A DNA stretch of 63,996 nt, counting the filler, from Lenisia limosa (Eukaryota > Protista > Breviatea): the NCBI GenBank assembly GCA_001655205.1. It is 9 parts of 9 records of this genome, joined end to end, with 100 filler letters (N's around TTAATTAATTAA, not from the genome) between each part and the next. Parts side by side here need not be neighbours in the genome. Positions count along the whole stretch, not along the records: positions 1 to 1,297 come from LPNZ01003507.1; positions 1,398 to 3,503 come from LPNZ01008091.1; positions 3,604 to 5,434 come from LPNZ01000918.1; positions 5,535 to 18,273 come from LPNZ01002885.1; 5 more parts are not named here. One strand, written 5' to 3'. Below are positions 1 to 10,999 of this stretch, one piece after another. Numbering within the stretch: the first letter of the stretch is position 1; the number at the start of each line of letters is the position of its first letter. The notes below the pieces were generated by a model, which was not told where the DNA came from, searched no databases, and saw only the letters and a list, made by a program, of their open reading frames with translations. A program made the translations under genes and the position numbers.

Positions 1-101
1 TTTGTTGGCCCCAAGCCCCGTGCCGACCCTTGTTCAGGTCCTTCCGTTACGATTTGGATAAGATACAGATTATTGATGTCACACAATTGGAGTTTCACTA
101 A

Positions 102-182
102 TAGAGCTTCACTTTCGGCTTCCGGTTTTTATGAGACTGAAATAACAGTATTTCACAGTGGTCTTTTTGAAGCGAAACTGAA
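102..182. mobile_element. MITE family 1, degenerate
   Basis: tagagcttcactttcgg...ggtctttttgaagcgaaactgaa. Confidence 0.4.
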
Positions 183-424
183 TAATATGACATCTTGTCA
201 CTCTGAACAAACTCCTCGGCTTCGCTGGGTCCGAGTGCATCTTGTATGCTCAAACAACAAATGTCTGGAAGAGTGTGTCACCGGACCCCCAGATTAAAAT
301 AATATAAATACACATCATTCTCAACCAACTGAATAAAGACAACTAGAAACTGCTACTGTCCTGTAACAATATACATATCCGTATGATCTATAGATAGGTA
401 CACGTTTCTGCTGCTTTCCCCTTT

Positions 425-750
425 ATGGGTTGCGGGTCTTCAAAATCAGGCACTCCTGAGGAGACTAGCCCGGTCAATCCGCCTGGAAACGCTTCATCTG
501 TAGAGAATGTAAGCTTTTAGTTGAGAATATTCCCTTGTATCTAATTTTTTCTCATCCTTTTTAGCCGCCCCCTCCATCAAAGCTTCCAACAACCCCTCCT
601 CCCCGAATAACAGGCACAAAACCTCCTAGAACTCCTACTCCGAATGCCAGCTCGCCTATTTCCCCACCTCCTTCCGCTCTTCCCAAGCCAAGTCGAACAT
701 CCCAACCGAAGCCGAAGCTTAAGCCGAAGTCCTCAGGTTTGTGTGGAAGA
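425..750 (+). CDS. Pro-rich protein with N-terminal MGCGSSK myristoylation/palmitoylation motif (5' exons; 3' end uncertain)
   Basis: ATG 425; exon 425-508 MGCGSSKSGTPEETSPVNPPGNASSVEN; GT-AG intron 509-564; in-frame Pro-rich exon from 565 (PPPPSKLPTTPPPR...). Confidence 0.5.
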
Positions 751-1297
751 TAGGGACATGAAGATGTCCGTGTTCGTCTTTGAGGATTTCTACCGTTGCT
801 GTACAAGGAAATACCTTTGGATGATCGATGCAAGCGTGATTCAGCCATATGCCTTCTTTCCATCATTTGTTGATTCATACCCCGATTATCCTCTTGGAGG
901 TGCATTTATAGCTTTCCCCTTGGGGCTCAAGACTATATTTAATTATGCTGCAACACTGTAAACAACTGTATCTTGGTGGTGGTGTCAATTTCTCTGAACT
1001 GTATTGACTGTTTAGAATCTGAAGATGAAGCTGAGGTAGACGATGGTCTGTGGGGCATGGAGGTAAAATATCATAAAGTGGATATTTGGTACCATGAAGA
1101 TGTTTTAGAATCAGTTAAAGCCCCCTTCTCCTCTCACTGCTTGTTGGATCAGTTCAAACCATACCCACAATACTCAATGAACCAACTCACCACACTCCCC
1201 CCGCATGTTTTTTGCTGCAGAACTGATTCTGGCTTGCTACCCAACAACAGAGTTGATTCTGGCTTTTTTTTGTTTCATGAAGTTTCTTTGTTTTACT

Positions 1298-1397
1298 NNN
1301 NNNNNNNNNNNNNNNNNNNNNNNNNNNNNNNNNNNNNNNNNTTAATTAATTAANNNNNNNNNNNNNNNNNNNNNNNNNNNNNNNNNNNNNNNNNNNN
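1298..1397. other. Artificial contig-joining spacer
   Basis: 44 N + ttaattaattaa (1342-1353; stops in all six frames) + 44 N; the same layout recurs 8 times. Confidence 0.97.
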
Positions 1398-1853
1398 AAT
1401 TGAAAAAAAAAAAAAAAATAAAAAAAAAATAAAAAAAAAAGAAATTAAAGAGTCTGAAATGGAGTCCCAATTACGACATGTCTCACTTTAAAATTCAAAA
1501 TTCAAATCTTAAATAACTGCAGCTCTAGGTTATACTGTGTGCGTGAATAAACACTTAGGAAGTTAGCCAATTACAAGACAATAACAATGTAAGCTTGAAC
1601 ATAGCAGCACTATAAAAAAAAGTTAGCCTGAAAACGTAAGTGGATAACAACCTAGAATAGAAAAAATATTGAAAACAGTACATATACATTTATAAAATGT
1701 TTAAAAGGTCCAAAATCCGATTTCCCAACAGGAATGACATTTCGGTCACTATTTAACACGATCACTGTGTATCATATGATATAGTATGGGTATAAATAAA
1801 AGTATGACTGGAAGTAATAAGTCTCGAAACAGTACAAATACCAAAAACCGCAC

Positions 1854-3340
1854 CTTCCAATAGAGTACATTAAACAGCCCATTTCATGGTGAGCTTGTGG
1901 AAGGTCAGGGCTGGTTTCTATAGCAACGCCTAGGCAAAGTAAAAACGGTTGGTGCAAAGTGATCACTGTTGCAAAAACCAGCGTTGTTTTCACCTATACT
2001 GACCGCTATAGGTCCTGACACGAATATTGAGTTTTATCTCAAGTCAATCTTGTCAGGACATAATGGGTCAAGATAATATATGGGTGAAATATGGGTACAG
2101 TATGGGTCAAGATATTCATTTAAGTCAGTGTATGTTTACACCTCTAATACTCACCAAAATGACACTCTGCCCCCAACATCCCCCCCCCTCTCCTCTTACA
2201 TTGTTGTTAATAAACTCCTATGTTTACACCAACACTCACCGCGATAAGTCCTATCTGACACATATTTAGCACACTTGTTTATACACCTTTGTTTACACCT
2301 ATGCCTACCGAAATGACGCTCCGCTTCTGAATATTGGGCTGCCTGTGCACATGCCTGTCCAAGCATTACCAGCGGCCTGCCATCACTAGGGAGTAAGACC
2401 TTCTGATTCTCTCAAGCACATGATTCACATTTTCGCCAAAAAGGGACTGTTCCACAATTTGGATTTGAAATTCAAGGATTTGGCCTTTATATATAGCAAT
2501 GAAAACAATAAATAAATAAAAAAAAAATAAAAAAAAAAATAAAAAAATTATAAGGATGTATTATCTTTTTCATCACAAAAACAAACAATTAACCATTTAG
2601 ACATACCCTCGCATTCTTGCTGTGGCTCTCCTCAAGGCGATGATGGCCTCTTCCACGTTTGACTCAAGTAAGAATGCTAAGGAATTATTCAAAAGAACAC
2701 TTAGGGATTATTCAGTAAGAAAGCTGAGGAAAATAAGTATGGTAATTTGTTTTTATGATATCCCAATTCCAAGACTTTTTATGTATAAACTTCTTCTTCT
2801 TCAAAATAAAAGAACTAATACCCCAGAACGCATGGAAAAAGATTTTATACCCCCAATTCCTCTTCCCATCAAATTTTCTTGCTTCAGCAATCCAATTACC
2901 TTGTCCAAACACTGCCCATGCCTGGCCGCACGACGGGTCCAGTTTGGTTGCCTTAGCCAGGACGTTCCTTGCCTCCACCGCGTTGCCGACTAGAATGTAG
3001 TAGTTGCCCATAGCTAGCCAAGATAGCGCCTGGGTGGGGGGGGGGGGTAAAATAGGAAAATTTATGAAACAAAAAGCCCAAAATCAAGGNNNNNNNNNNN
3101 NNNNNNNNNNNNNNNNNNNNNNNNNNNNNNNNNNNNNNNNNNNNNNNNNNNNNNNNNNAAAATAATCTTTTTGAATGAGGAAGCAAAAGCTAGAAACAAA
3201 ACCATGAGTTAGATAGAGATGGGGAGTGAAGGGAACGATCTAAAAAGTGGTATGAGGATCAACCCCTATTAACCAAAAAGTAATGTACTCCTCACCATTG
3301 TCGGTGCTGATGAGACCAGTTGTCTCCCAAGTCTGAAGAG
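1854..3340 (-). CDS. CDC16: Anaphase-promoting complex subunit 6 (CDC16), TPR region, partial, multi-exon
   Basis: GT-AG exons join to LFRLGRQLVSSAPTM / ALSWLAMGNYYILVGNAVEARNVLAKATKLDPSCGQAWAVFG / AFLLESNVEEAIIALRRATARMRG / GRPLVMLGQACAQAAQYSEAERHF / VAIETSPDLPQAHHEMGCLMYSIG, collinear with the CDC16 TPR series as I recall it. Confidence 0.8.
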
Positions 3341-3503
3341 CTATATTGTAAAATTAACAGGAATATTGTATGGCATCTACACCAGCACTTATACAGATAT
3401 CATAAAGAAATAATGTTGATAATAAAAGACCTAATACTCATGCACATATCCCACCGGTCATAAATCAGGTGGAAATCAGAAATCAGGTGGAAATCAGAAA
3501 AAT

Positions 3504-3603
3504 NNNNNNNNNNNNNNNNNNNNNNNNNNNNNNNNNNNNNNNNNNNNTTAATTAATTAANNNNNNNNNNNNNNNNNNNNNNNNNNNNNNNNNNNNNNNNN
3601 NNN
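3504..3603. other. Artificial contig-joining spacer
   Basis: N-flanked ttaattaattaa at 3548-3559. Confidence 0.97.
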
Positions 3604-5251
3604 GAAGGTCTGTGAACTTCTGTGGTTTGTACTTCTCCACCCACAAGCCGTCCTTAACTGAAAAAATTACACATAGTCTGTTGTGAAAGGTCCCAGATAC
3701 GATGAAACAAAATCCTGAAAGAGTATGATCCTCGTTTCTAGGGCTTTACTTCGGTTCGGAAAAGACCAGTCTTTTTCCAAACTGAAGTGAAGCCCTTCTC
3801 GTTTCCCATCCACACTGACTGCAAAACCACCAACCACTAACCATCATCACCAAACACCGCCAACCACCCCAGCACTTGCACGCCAACCACCCCAGCACTT
3901 GCACGCATACCTGGGAAAAGGCTGTCTTGGATCGCACTAAACCGGATCAGTAAAAGAAATTTCGGATATAAAAAGAAACAAAGCACGTAACATTGATTAA
4001 CAAGAATGGTTGGGGCTTCCCTACGGTCGAAAAAGACCGATCAAATATCGATATTTATCGAGGATTTATCGAGAAATTCACTCTTTTTTGGGACCGTAGG
4101 GAATCATTAAATATCTTATGATAGTGTAACAAAAGCAGAAAAAGTAATGAGTATCTTGCCTGTGTTTATTCCACCCCCCCCACCCCCGCGTCCTTTACAC
4201 TATACAGTGACCGGGATAAGTCTTGTCCGATTTGTTATGATTTAAAAAGGAAAGTCATCAAAACTTATTTAGGTCATATAGAGATGAGAAATAAAATAAA
4301 GATGTATCTGGCCGAAGCTGTCCACACCATTACGCTCATAAGGGATTGGATTATTGTATAATACTAATAAGCTCTCCCACATTCGTTCGAGATAGTCGCA
4401 ACGAGATTGGCGCTAAAGTCAATAAAAAAGTGAAGGCAAGGGGGAGGGATAAAACGTAAAATGGGAATGAAACAAAAAAAAAACGTAAAATAAACACTGT
4501 GAAGAGAAAACCAAAGGAAATCTCGATGAAGGGTCCCAAACAATCCAATTTCAATGAAAGCGTTTTCAAGGAAGAAACCGACTCTTGACACCAACCAGTT
4601 TCTCCGCCTTCTCCATGATATCGTCAACGTTTGTTGCTGTCAGGGGGTCTGAAGAAATAGGGACATCTTTAACCTGAGGGACTTCATCCGACAGGTAGAG
4701 CCTCAACCCTGTCATGTTAGTGGTGTTTTAAATTCCATGTCTGCCCGCTGTACCCCTAGAAAGATGAATGAGAATATATTGCTTCTCTTTTGCTAATTAT
4801 AAAATTGAAGGGAGCGACAGCGCAGTCCAGACAATTCCGACATCCAATCCGGACTTTTTTTTTCAACCTGACTTGAGTGCTTCATGTTCGGAGCCTAATT
4901 GATACTCCAGTTCGAAAAAGCCCGATAAAATATCGAAATGAATCAAGGATTTATCGTGAAATTCAGACTTTTTAAGAACCGAAGTGAAGCAATACACACC
5001 AGTAGCACCAACCATTTCCGGTCGTGATTTGAAGGAAGGACTTGACTTTTGGCCGGATATTGGCAACGCCCCTAGTCTGAGGGGTTAGCTCTGATTCACT
5101 ACCTATCGCCAAACACCACCACTGTTCTTACTCAACGTCAATAACACATTGGGACCATTCCTACCTTCGTGGAGTATTTGAACCTTCTGTCATCCTGCTT
5201 TTCCGGTGTGTCTTCATCTTCCACAACCCCGAAACCGGTTTTCGCAGCAGG
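3604..5251 (-). CDS. CTF18: CTF18 (RFC-like clamp loader large subunit), N-terminal part, truncated by fragment end
   Basis: Exons give SFLQITTG..GLRLYL..DPLTATNVDDIMEKAEKL then KDGLWVEKYKPQKFTDL (RFC-family LWVEKYxP box); the long N-terminal segment with a GxRxYL motif fits CTF18 better than the small RFC subunits. Confidence 0.7.
3739..3797. mobile_element. hAT-type MITE, family 1 (59 bp) with perfect 8-bp TSD
   Basis: tagggctttacttcggttcggaaaagac...gtctttttccaaactgaagtgaagccctt flanked by ctcgtttc at 3731-3738 and 3798-3805. Confidence 0.85.
4011..4109. mobile_element. MITE family 1, variant subfamily
   Basis: tggggcttccctacggtcgaaaaagac...gggaccgtagggaatc; internal sequence matches 18481-18580. 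Confidence 0.7.
4278..4350 (-). repeat. Dispersed repeat, family 2
   Basis: Reverse complement tccaatcccttatgagcgtaatggtgtggacagcttcggccagatacatctttattttatttctcatctctat in a CTF18 intron. Confidence 0.8.
4874..4994. mobile_element. MITE family 1, degenerate
   Basis: Internal gaaaaag...atatcg...ggatttatcg and right TIR aaccgaagtgaagc. Confidence 0.55.
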
Positions 5252-5394
5252 CTAAAAAGGGTAAACAAAACAAATTTAGGCTACAATAAGAAATAAAACA
5301 GGGTAGCTTCAGAACGAAGCCTCGAAACCCCAAAATAATGTTGTTTGGACTATCGCTGCAAAAAGGTAGGATGCAACATATATACGATATATAT

Positions 5395-5434
5395 ATAGCA
5401 ACGGGAAATAAAAAACAAGGTTTTATCTGGCCGA
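5395..5434 (-). repeat. Dispersed repeat, family 2 (3' half, cut by spacer)
   Basis: Reverse complement tcggccagataaaaccttgttttttatttcccgttgctat. Confidence 0.6.
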
Positions 5435-5534
5435 NNNNNNNNNNNNNNNNNNNNNNNNNNNNNNNNNNNNNNNNNNNNTTAATTAATTAANNNNNNNNNN
5501 NNNNNNNNNNNNNNNNNNNNNNNNNNNNNNNNNN
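5435..5534. other. Artificial contig-joining spacer
   Basis: N-flanked ttaattaattaa at 5479-5490. Confidence 0.97.
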
Positions 5535-6265
5535 GTGTTAGAGATTACAGGAATCTTTGTTTGAAACACCTGAATAGTAAGATGCTTTTAAAATGCCACT
5601 AATGTGAGAGGACAAAGCCAATCCCTTCACCTGATCTGATCTACGTCGTTTAGTACTTCGCTTTCCAGATGACGGAGTGCCTGATCGTGAACAAAATCTT
5701 AAACTATTGATAGTAATTGCTATAACACTATCTCATAGACCAACATACACGAACATACCAAAGGAATTACTGAGCACCATGACGACAGGAGACGAAGTAC
5801 CAGCCGGAGGGAGGTGGGACTGTTGTTTGATTTTCTCATGGGAAGGGAAGATGGATGGGGATGCCGGATGACAAATGCCCGCATTTGCACATTCACCAAA
5901 TCAGATAATCCGCCATGAGATCTACGATCGCTTAACCTCGGTTGATCCACCCCACTTTTACTTGTACCCGTGCCGGCCTTTTCATTTCAATTTTCTCCTT
6001 TTCATTTTCATCCCTTTTCCCTTTTCCCTCTAATCGTATCTCACACAGAGGAGAAGCTGCGGAGAAGAATAAAGCCCTCTGAGATGGTCATCAAGTAACT
6101 TGGCATCACTCCTTCTTGGATCACGTTTTATTCGTGATCAAAAGGTGGGTTCTTGCTCTTAGGCTTAATTGAGGTTTATTATATATTTTTTATGTTATTA
6201 TTATGTGCAAAGCAAAAGACTTTTGAAGTGATAGAATAGCTTTTCCTTACCTTCTTACATACCAG

Positions 6266-7978
6266 ATGAAGCAATCCGAGATGAAAATGAAGCTCAACGC
6301 TTCACTTTCTTCGCTGATGGGAGCACCGATTGCCCCATCACCCTACTTTGTCTATGGAATGCTGGCCATCATTAATATGTTTTATGGTAAAAGGGAAATT
6401 AATAATTTTCCTTCATTTCATTCAATTCATAAAAGCTGGAATATTTACAGTAGTATTGCTTTATTTAACCTTTCTACTCAGGATTTACGCAAGTTGTTGG
6501 TGCAATTGCTGTCAAAACCATCAACCCATTCTTTTTGGTCACCTTCAGAGTCCTCCTGGCTGCCCCATTAATGGCAATCCTTGTTTGGTTAGCTGCCACT
6601 GATTTTTATACAATTAGTCCTTCAGATTTGGTAATTGTTTTAGGATATTCGTTAAAACTCCGATCAAAATGTCATCGAAAGATACACTGTATGCGGGAGG
6701 GTTTAGGAGTTGTGATGTAGTTTCATTCTTTTGTTGCCAGAGCTGATTGTGTAGGATGTGCGCGTTATTGGGTTTCCTGGGTACATCTTTCAATGATGTA
6801 CTTGTCTTTTGGGGTCTAATGGTAGGGTGGTATACAATGTTCAGCAAAAAACGTCTTCCAAATAGTTTTATTGCACCTGTGACCATTATAGACCGCTACT
6901 CCCACAGAGGCGACTGTGATAATGTGTGTCTGCCCCATACTAACTGCACTTATTGAAGCGGTTGGTGATTGTTTGCAATAAGAATGAAGATTCTTGGATT
7001 GAATTATTGAGTTCTAATTTTATAGTCAATTGGCAGAGACAGTTTCACATGTACAAAGGTCCTAGGTTTCATTCTGGCCGTTATGGGAATGGTGAGCATT
7101 GTCTTTGACAGTCAGTATGACGCTAACATCGCAGTTCTCCATTGTGACAAAGTTTGACCTTGACTTCAAAATGCATACTGGTTCTGTTCTTATTTTTTCT
7201 GCCCAGGTTGGTTTGCAAGACATTGAAAAGTCGTTCTAACATCCCAGGTTCTTTTTAGCCTCTTTCTTGTTCTTCAATTACCAATTGTGGAAAGAAATCA
7301 TCATGGTGTGGCTGAGGCTCTGTTTACTTTTTCTCGAGAGTATCCGTTGTCATACCTACCTTTTTAGGCGTTGTCAACATGTGGGTACATATTTTCGGCG
7401 CTATGTGGCTTGTTGTCTTCTCACCCTTCTTCTTGCAATACTGGAAGCCCGAAGACTGGGGTTTTGAGGCGTATGGGTCTGTGGTCTTCCTCACTATTTT
7501 TGTCTCGATCGGCTGCTTTTGGTAAGCAAACGTTTGCCGTTCCTTCATTCTTATCTCTTATTATTCATCACATCTCAGGTCACAAGCATGGATTTTGAAA
7601 TTCACATCATCATCACATGCCGCCATTTGGCTTGCTAGTTCACCCCTAGCATCGGCGGGTGCCGAATGGGTGTTGTACTCAGCNNNNNNNNNNNNNNNNN
7701 NNNNNNNNNNNNNNNNNNNNNNNNNNNNNNNNNNNNNNNNNNNNNNNNNNNNNNNNNNNNNNNNNNNNNNNNNNTTTTTTTTCTTATTTTGCTTCTGAAG
7801 ATGGATTAACAATTTTACAGGCTTTGTGTTTGTCGCCCTTGGCTTGTATCTTGTGGTGACGCAGCAAGGCAAGGTCGACGCCACTCGCGCCATTTCATAC
7901 GTCAGTTTACCGCCGCCAGATGACTTTTTTGACGGTGGCTGGGCTTTTGCTGGGCTTTTGGTTTTCCTTTCCCGTTAG
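6266..7978 (+). CDS. EamA/DMT-family multi-pass membrane transporter (WAT1-like), multi-exon
   Basis: Hydrophobic exons: GFTQVVGAIAVKTINPFFLVTFRVLLAAPLMAILVWLA / MCALLGFLGTSFNDVLVFWGLM / TATPTEATVIMCVCPILTALIEA / GRDSFTCTKVLGFILAVMG / VVNMWVHIFGAMWLVVFSPFF / AWILKFTSSSHAAIWLASSPL / GFVFVALGLYLV, i.e. a two-repeat EamA pattern. Confidence 0.75.
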
Positions 7979-8229
7979 TCTAATTCAGCAGAAGACAATT
8001 TAGAAACTACCCCGATCATCCCCCATGTACCATTATGATTTTGATACCAGCTGTTACCTATTTAAGTGTATCGTAGAACCATGCATTTATTCCATTTGTA
8101 ATTAATTCCGATCCCTCATTCGTAAACAAATAAATAGAGTAGAGTCCAAGGAAAGATGTGAACTGATGCAGTATTATGATATTTTAGATGTTTCGTTCAC
8201 ATGAGGTTGGTGACAAGCATTATACATTA

Positions 8230-10425
8230 TTCAAACATCACATAATTGAACAGCCAGACATCTTTTCTTTGGCAGCTTTAACCCAGCTTTCTTGAGGACC
8301 TTGTTGACTTCTTTGGACGCAACTAAGTGGTGAAAAAGGGTGCTAGTAAAGGTGCTGGTCCGTCCACACCATCACGATTATAAGAAATTGAAATATAACA
8401 TGTCACCCAATCATTTGTCTTAACTCTGTATACACAGCTTTCTACGTCGTAGCGTAAGGCGCTTGATACTGTTGAAAGTCCCCCCCCCCNNNNNNNNNNN
8501 NNNNNNNNNNNNNNNNNNNNNNNNNNNNNNNNNNNNNNNNNNNNNNNNNNNNNNNNNNNNNNNNNNNNNNNNNNNNNNNNNNNNNNNNNNNNNNNNNNNN
8601 NNNNNNNNNNNNNNNNNNNNNNNNNNNNNNNNNNNNNNNNNNNNNNNNNNNNNNNNNNNNNNNNNNNNNNNNNNNNNNNNNNNNNNNNNNNNNNNNNNNN
8701 NNNNNNNNNNNNNNNNNNNNNNTTTCCAATTCGGCTTTTCAACTTCCTGTTTTCTGGGAAGAGAATCTTCTGCCAATGGTTCCCCAAAGACAGAGTGGGA
8801 AGGGTTCATATGTGGTGGCGTGAACGGAAGCCATGCTTTTTTCTGTTCATCAACTAACCACTTGTGGTACTTCTCTCCTTCAGCGCCCGTGAGGACCTAA
8901 AAGTCAGACAATTTGGACAATAACCCGCGAAACGTATCCTGATGATTTACCAACCACTCACTTCTCTCTCTAAAAAGATGTGGTGTACTTTACCACAAGG
9001 TTGCCGTCCTAAATTTCATGTAAGAGGCAAAATTTGTGGTCATGAGCGTACCATAGTTCAGACAGTCGCATGACCACATTGAGAGAATTGTTCGAAGAGC
9101 CATATCCATTTCATCTGAAATCCAGTCCGCGTAGCTGACGTGTCAAAAAATCAAACGAATTGTATTTATTTAGTTGGAGCAAAAAAGCCCCCGCCCTCCA
9201 ACTCTTCAAGTGTTTGTTGATAAATGTTTGCGACTTCTTTTACATTACCTACTGTTTGCGCAAGTTCCAGCATCAGATCAACCTAATGTGTGAATTTTAA
9301 AGGGGAATGGTAATATAGTATAATCATATGATAATGAAATTCTTCCCTATTACAGTATTTCCTCACCTGCTTGATTTCAGCTTTAGATTCGCTGTCAGTC
9401 TTCTTCCATGTTCGTTTATAAGGCACCCTGCAAGTTTAAGAATGTCTTTTTACATGAAAGATAAGATATTTTCAGTTATGGAGCTCTGAATTGGAGACGA
9501 ACTTACTGGGTATTAAGACCGTCAAAAAGTTGTGACCCGCTCTTTTTGTGTACTCCTTTTGACACTCCACGTTTGACTTCTCTTCCAAGATACTCCTCAT
9601 ACAGCGCAAAGTCATACGTTTGTTTTGTGCACCCCTCAATAGGCAACACGGAAGAAATTGTTCCCGAAGAGTTACACAGCTCTTTTTGGCGTTGATCTGC
9701 AACTTTCTTGGACTCCTCAAAACTGACATTTCCTTCACCAGTATAAATGGTGACAGTCTTCCACGGACCCATCATAGCCGAGTACGTGGCGGCATTTCCT
9801 TCCTCCTGAACTGTCAATGGTATGATAAACTACCTGAATTCTGCGACTTTCTTGAAAGAGTAGTTTGACTACATCTCCGACAGTCTGGGGTTCTTCCTGA
9901 AGTTTTAAAACTTGAATGAAACTTGCCTTTGCAACAACACAATTCAAAATTCACCAACTTTTATACTTGTTCTTCTGAGAGTATTTTTATGAACAATTGG
10001 CCGAAGCTGTCTGACTAATAATGTTATCACGATGTAAAAGACATTATTTTGAATGTAATCTTCCCACCATTTGCGGGTACGTCACCAACGATTAGTGATG
10101 CTGGTGGGGGTTTCTTATCCCTCCACTAAAATAGTAAGAACATAAGAAGAGCATTTCTATCAATTTCTTCCCATACATCATATCTCACCAGAATACAATC
10201 TTCACAACACCAAGTTCCAAGGAGTGCAACAAGAATATTAATCTTTGTTGTCAAACTGGCGCACTAGAATCATGAGTTAAGTATCTGCTTTGGCTTGAGT
10301 GAGGAGGCCTGAGCCTAAAGGCAAAACTGTCATACACCTTACTCGAGGGTGAAAGAATCGGTGGCATATACAGCATGGAATAACATCTTCTCTTGAAAGC
10401 CCGTGTTCTTGAGGGGTAGCAGACT
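8230..10425 (-). CDS. PHD-finger-containing protein, multi-exon; may extend upstream to ~13300
   Basis: Exons 10343-10425 and 10189-10263 splice in phase 0 to EDVIPCCICHRFFHPR|CASLTTKINILVALLGTWCCEDCIL (CxxC-x4-HxxC...WxCxxC); further open GT-AG exons at ~9510-9810, 9070-9130, 8722-8896, 8230-8320. Confidence 0.55.
8360..8392 (-). repeat. Dispersed repeat, family 2 (5' half)
   Basis: Reverse complement ttcaatttcttataatcgtgatggtgtggacgg. Confidence 0.6.
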
Positions 10426-10999
10426 CTGGAAGAGTGCAGAGGCAACAGATTGACATAACTTGTTTAAAATGAATTGCTTATATGAACTATCATCCTTGTT
10501 TATTTATTTCTTCCCTCTCTCACAGATTGTTTTTTGCGTGATATTCGCTATTATCCAGAATTTGAGAAAAGTATAGCCTCCGAGACAACTTTTATGAAGG
10601 AAGGTTAAATTTTTAGACAGTTTTGTGATAATCTTCACTTTTTATTTTTTTGTGTTATAAACAAATGTTAGAATGTAAACAGTTATAGTTTTAGGAAGAG
10701 TTCTCTGAGCTTGTTCTGTTTGAGAACGTGTATAATGCAACCAAATATATATTCAAGCATTCGATGGCGAGAATATGGCGCTAGATCGAAATTGCAACTG
10801 GTATGGTTTACAAATTTGGTGATCTGTTTACAAATTTGGTGATCTGCTTCAAAAGCCCTCTCATCATTTTTAGGGAGAATATCTTGAAAATAGGGTGCTC
10901 TCTCGCGGAAGGTGGGTTCTGGGCTTATGTTCCTTTTTCTCACGTTACTTTAGACACGTTACTATTGATCCCCCTCGTGTTGAGGCTTGCAGCATATGC

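Noticed and set aside
8323-8900. ORFs in the track that contain long X runs
   Set aside because: Open only because they cross N gaps.
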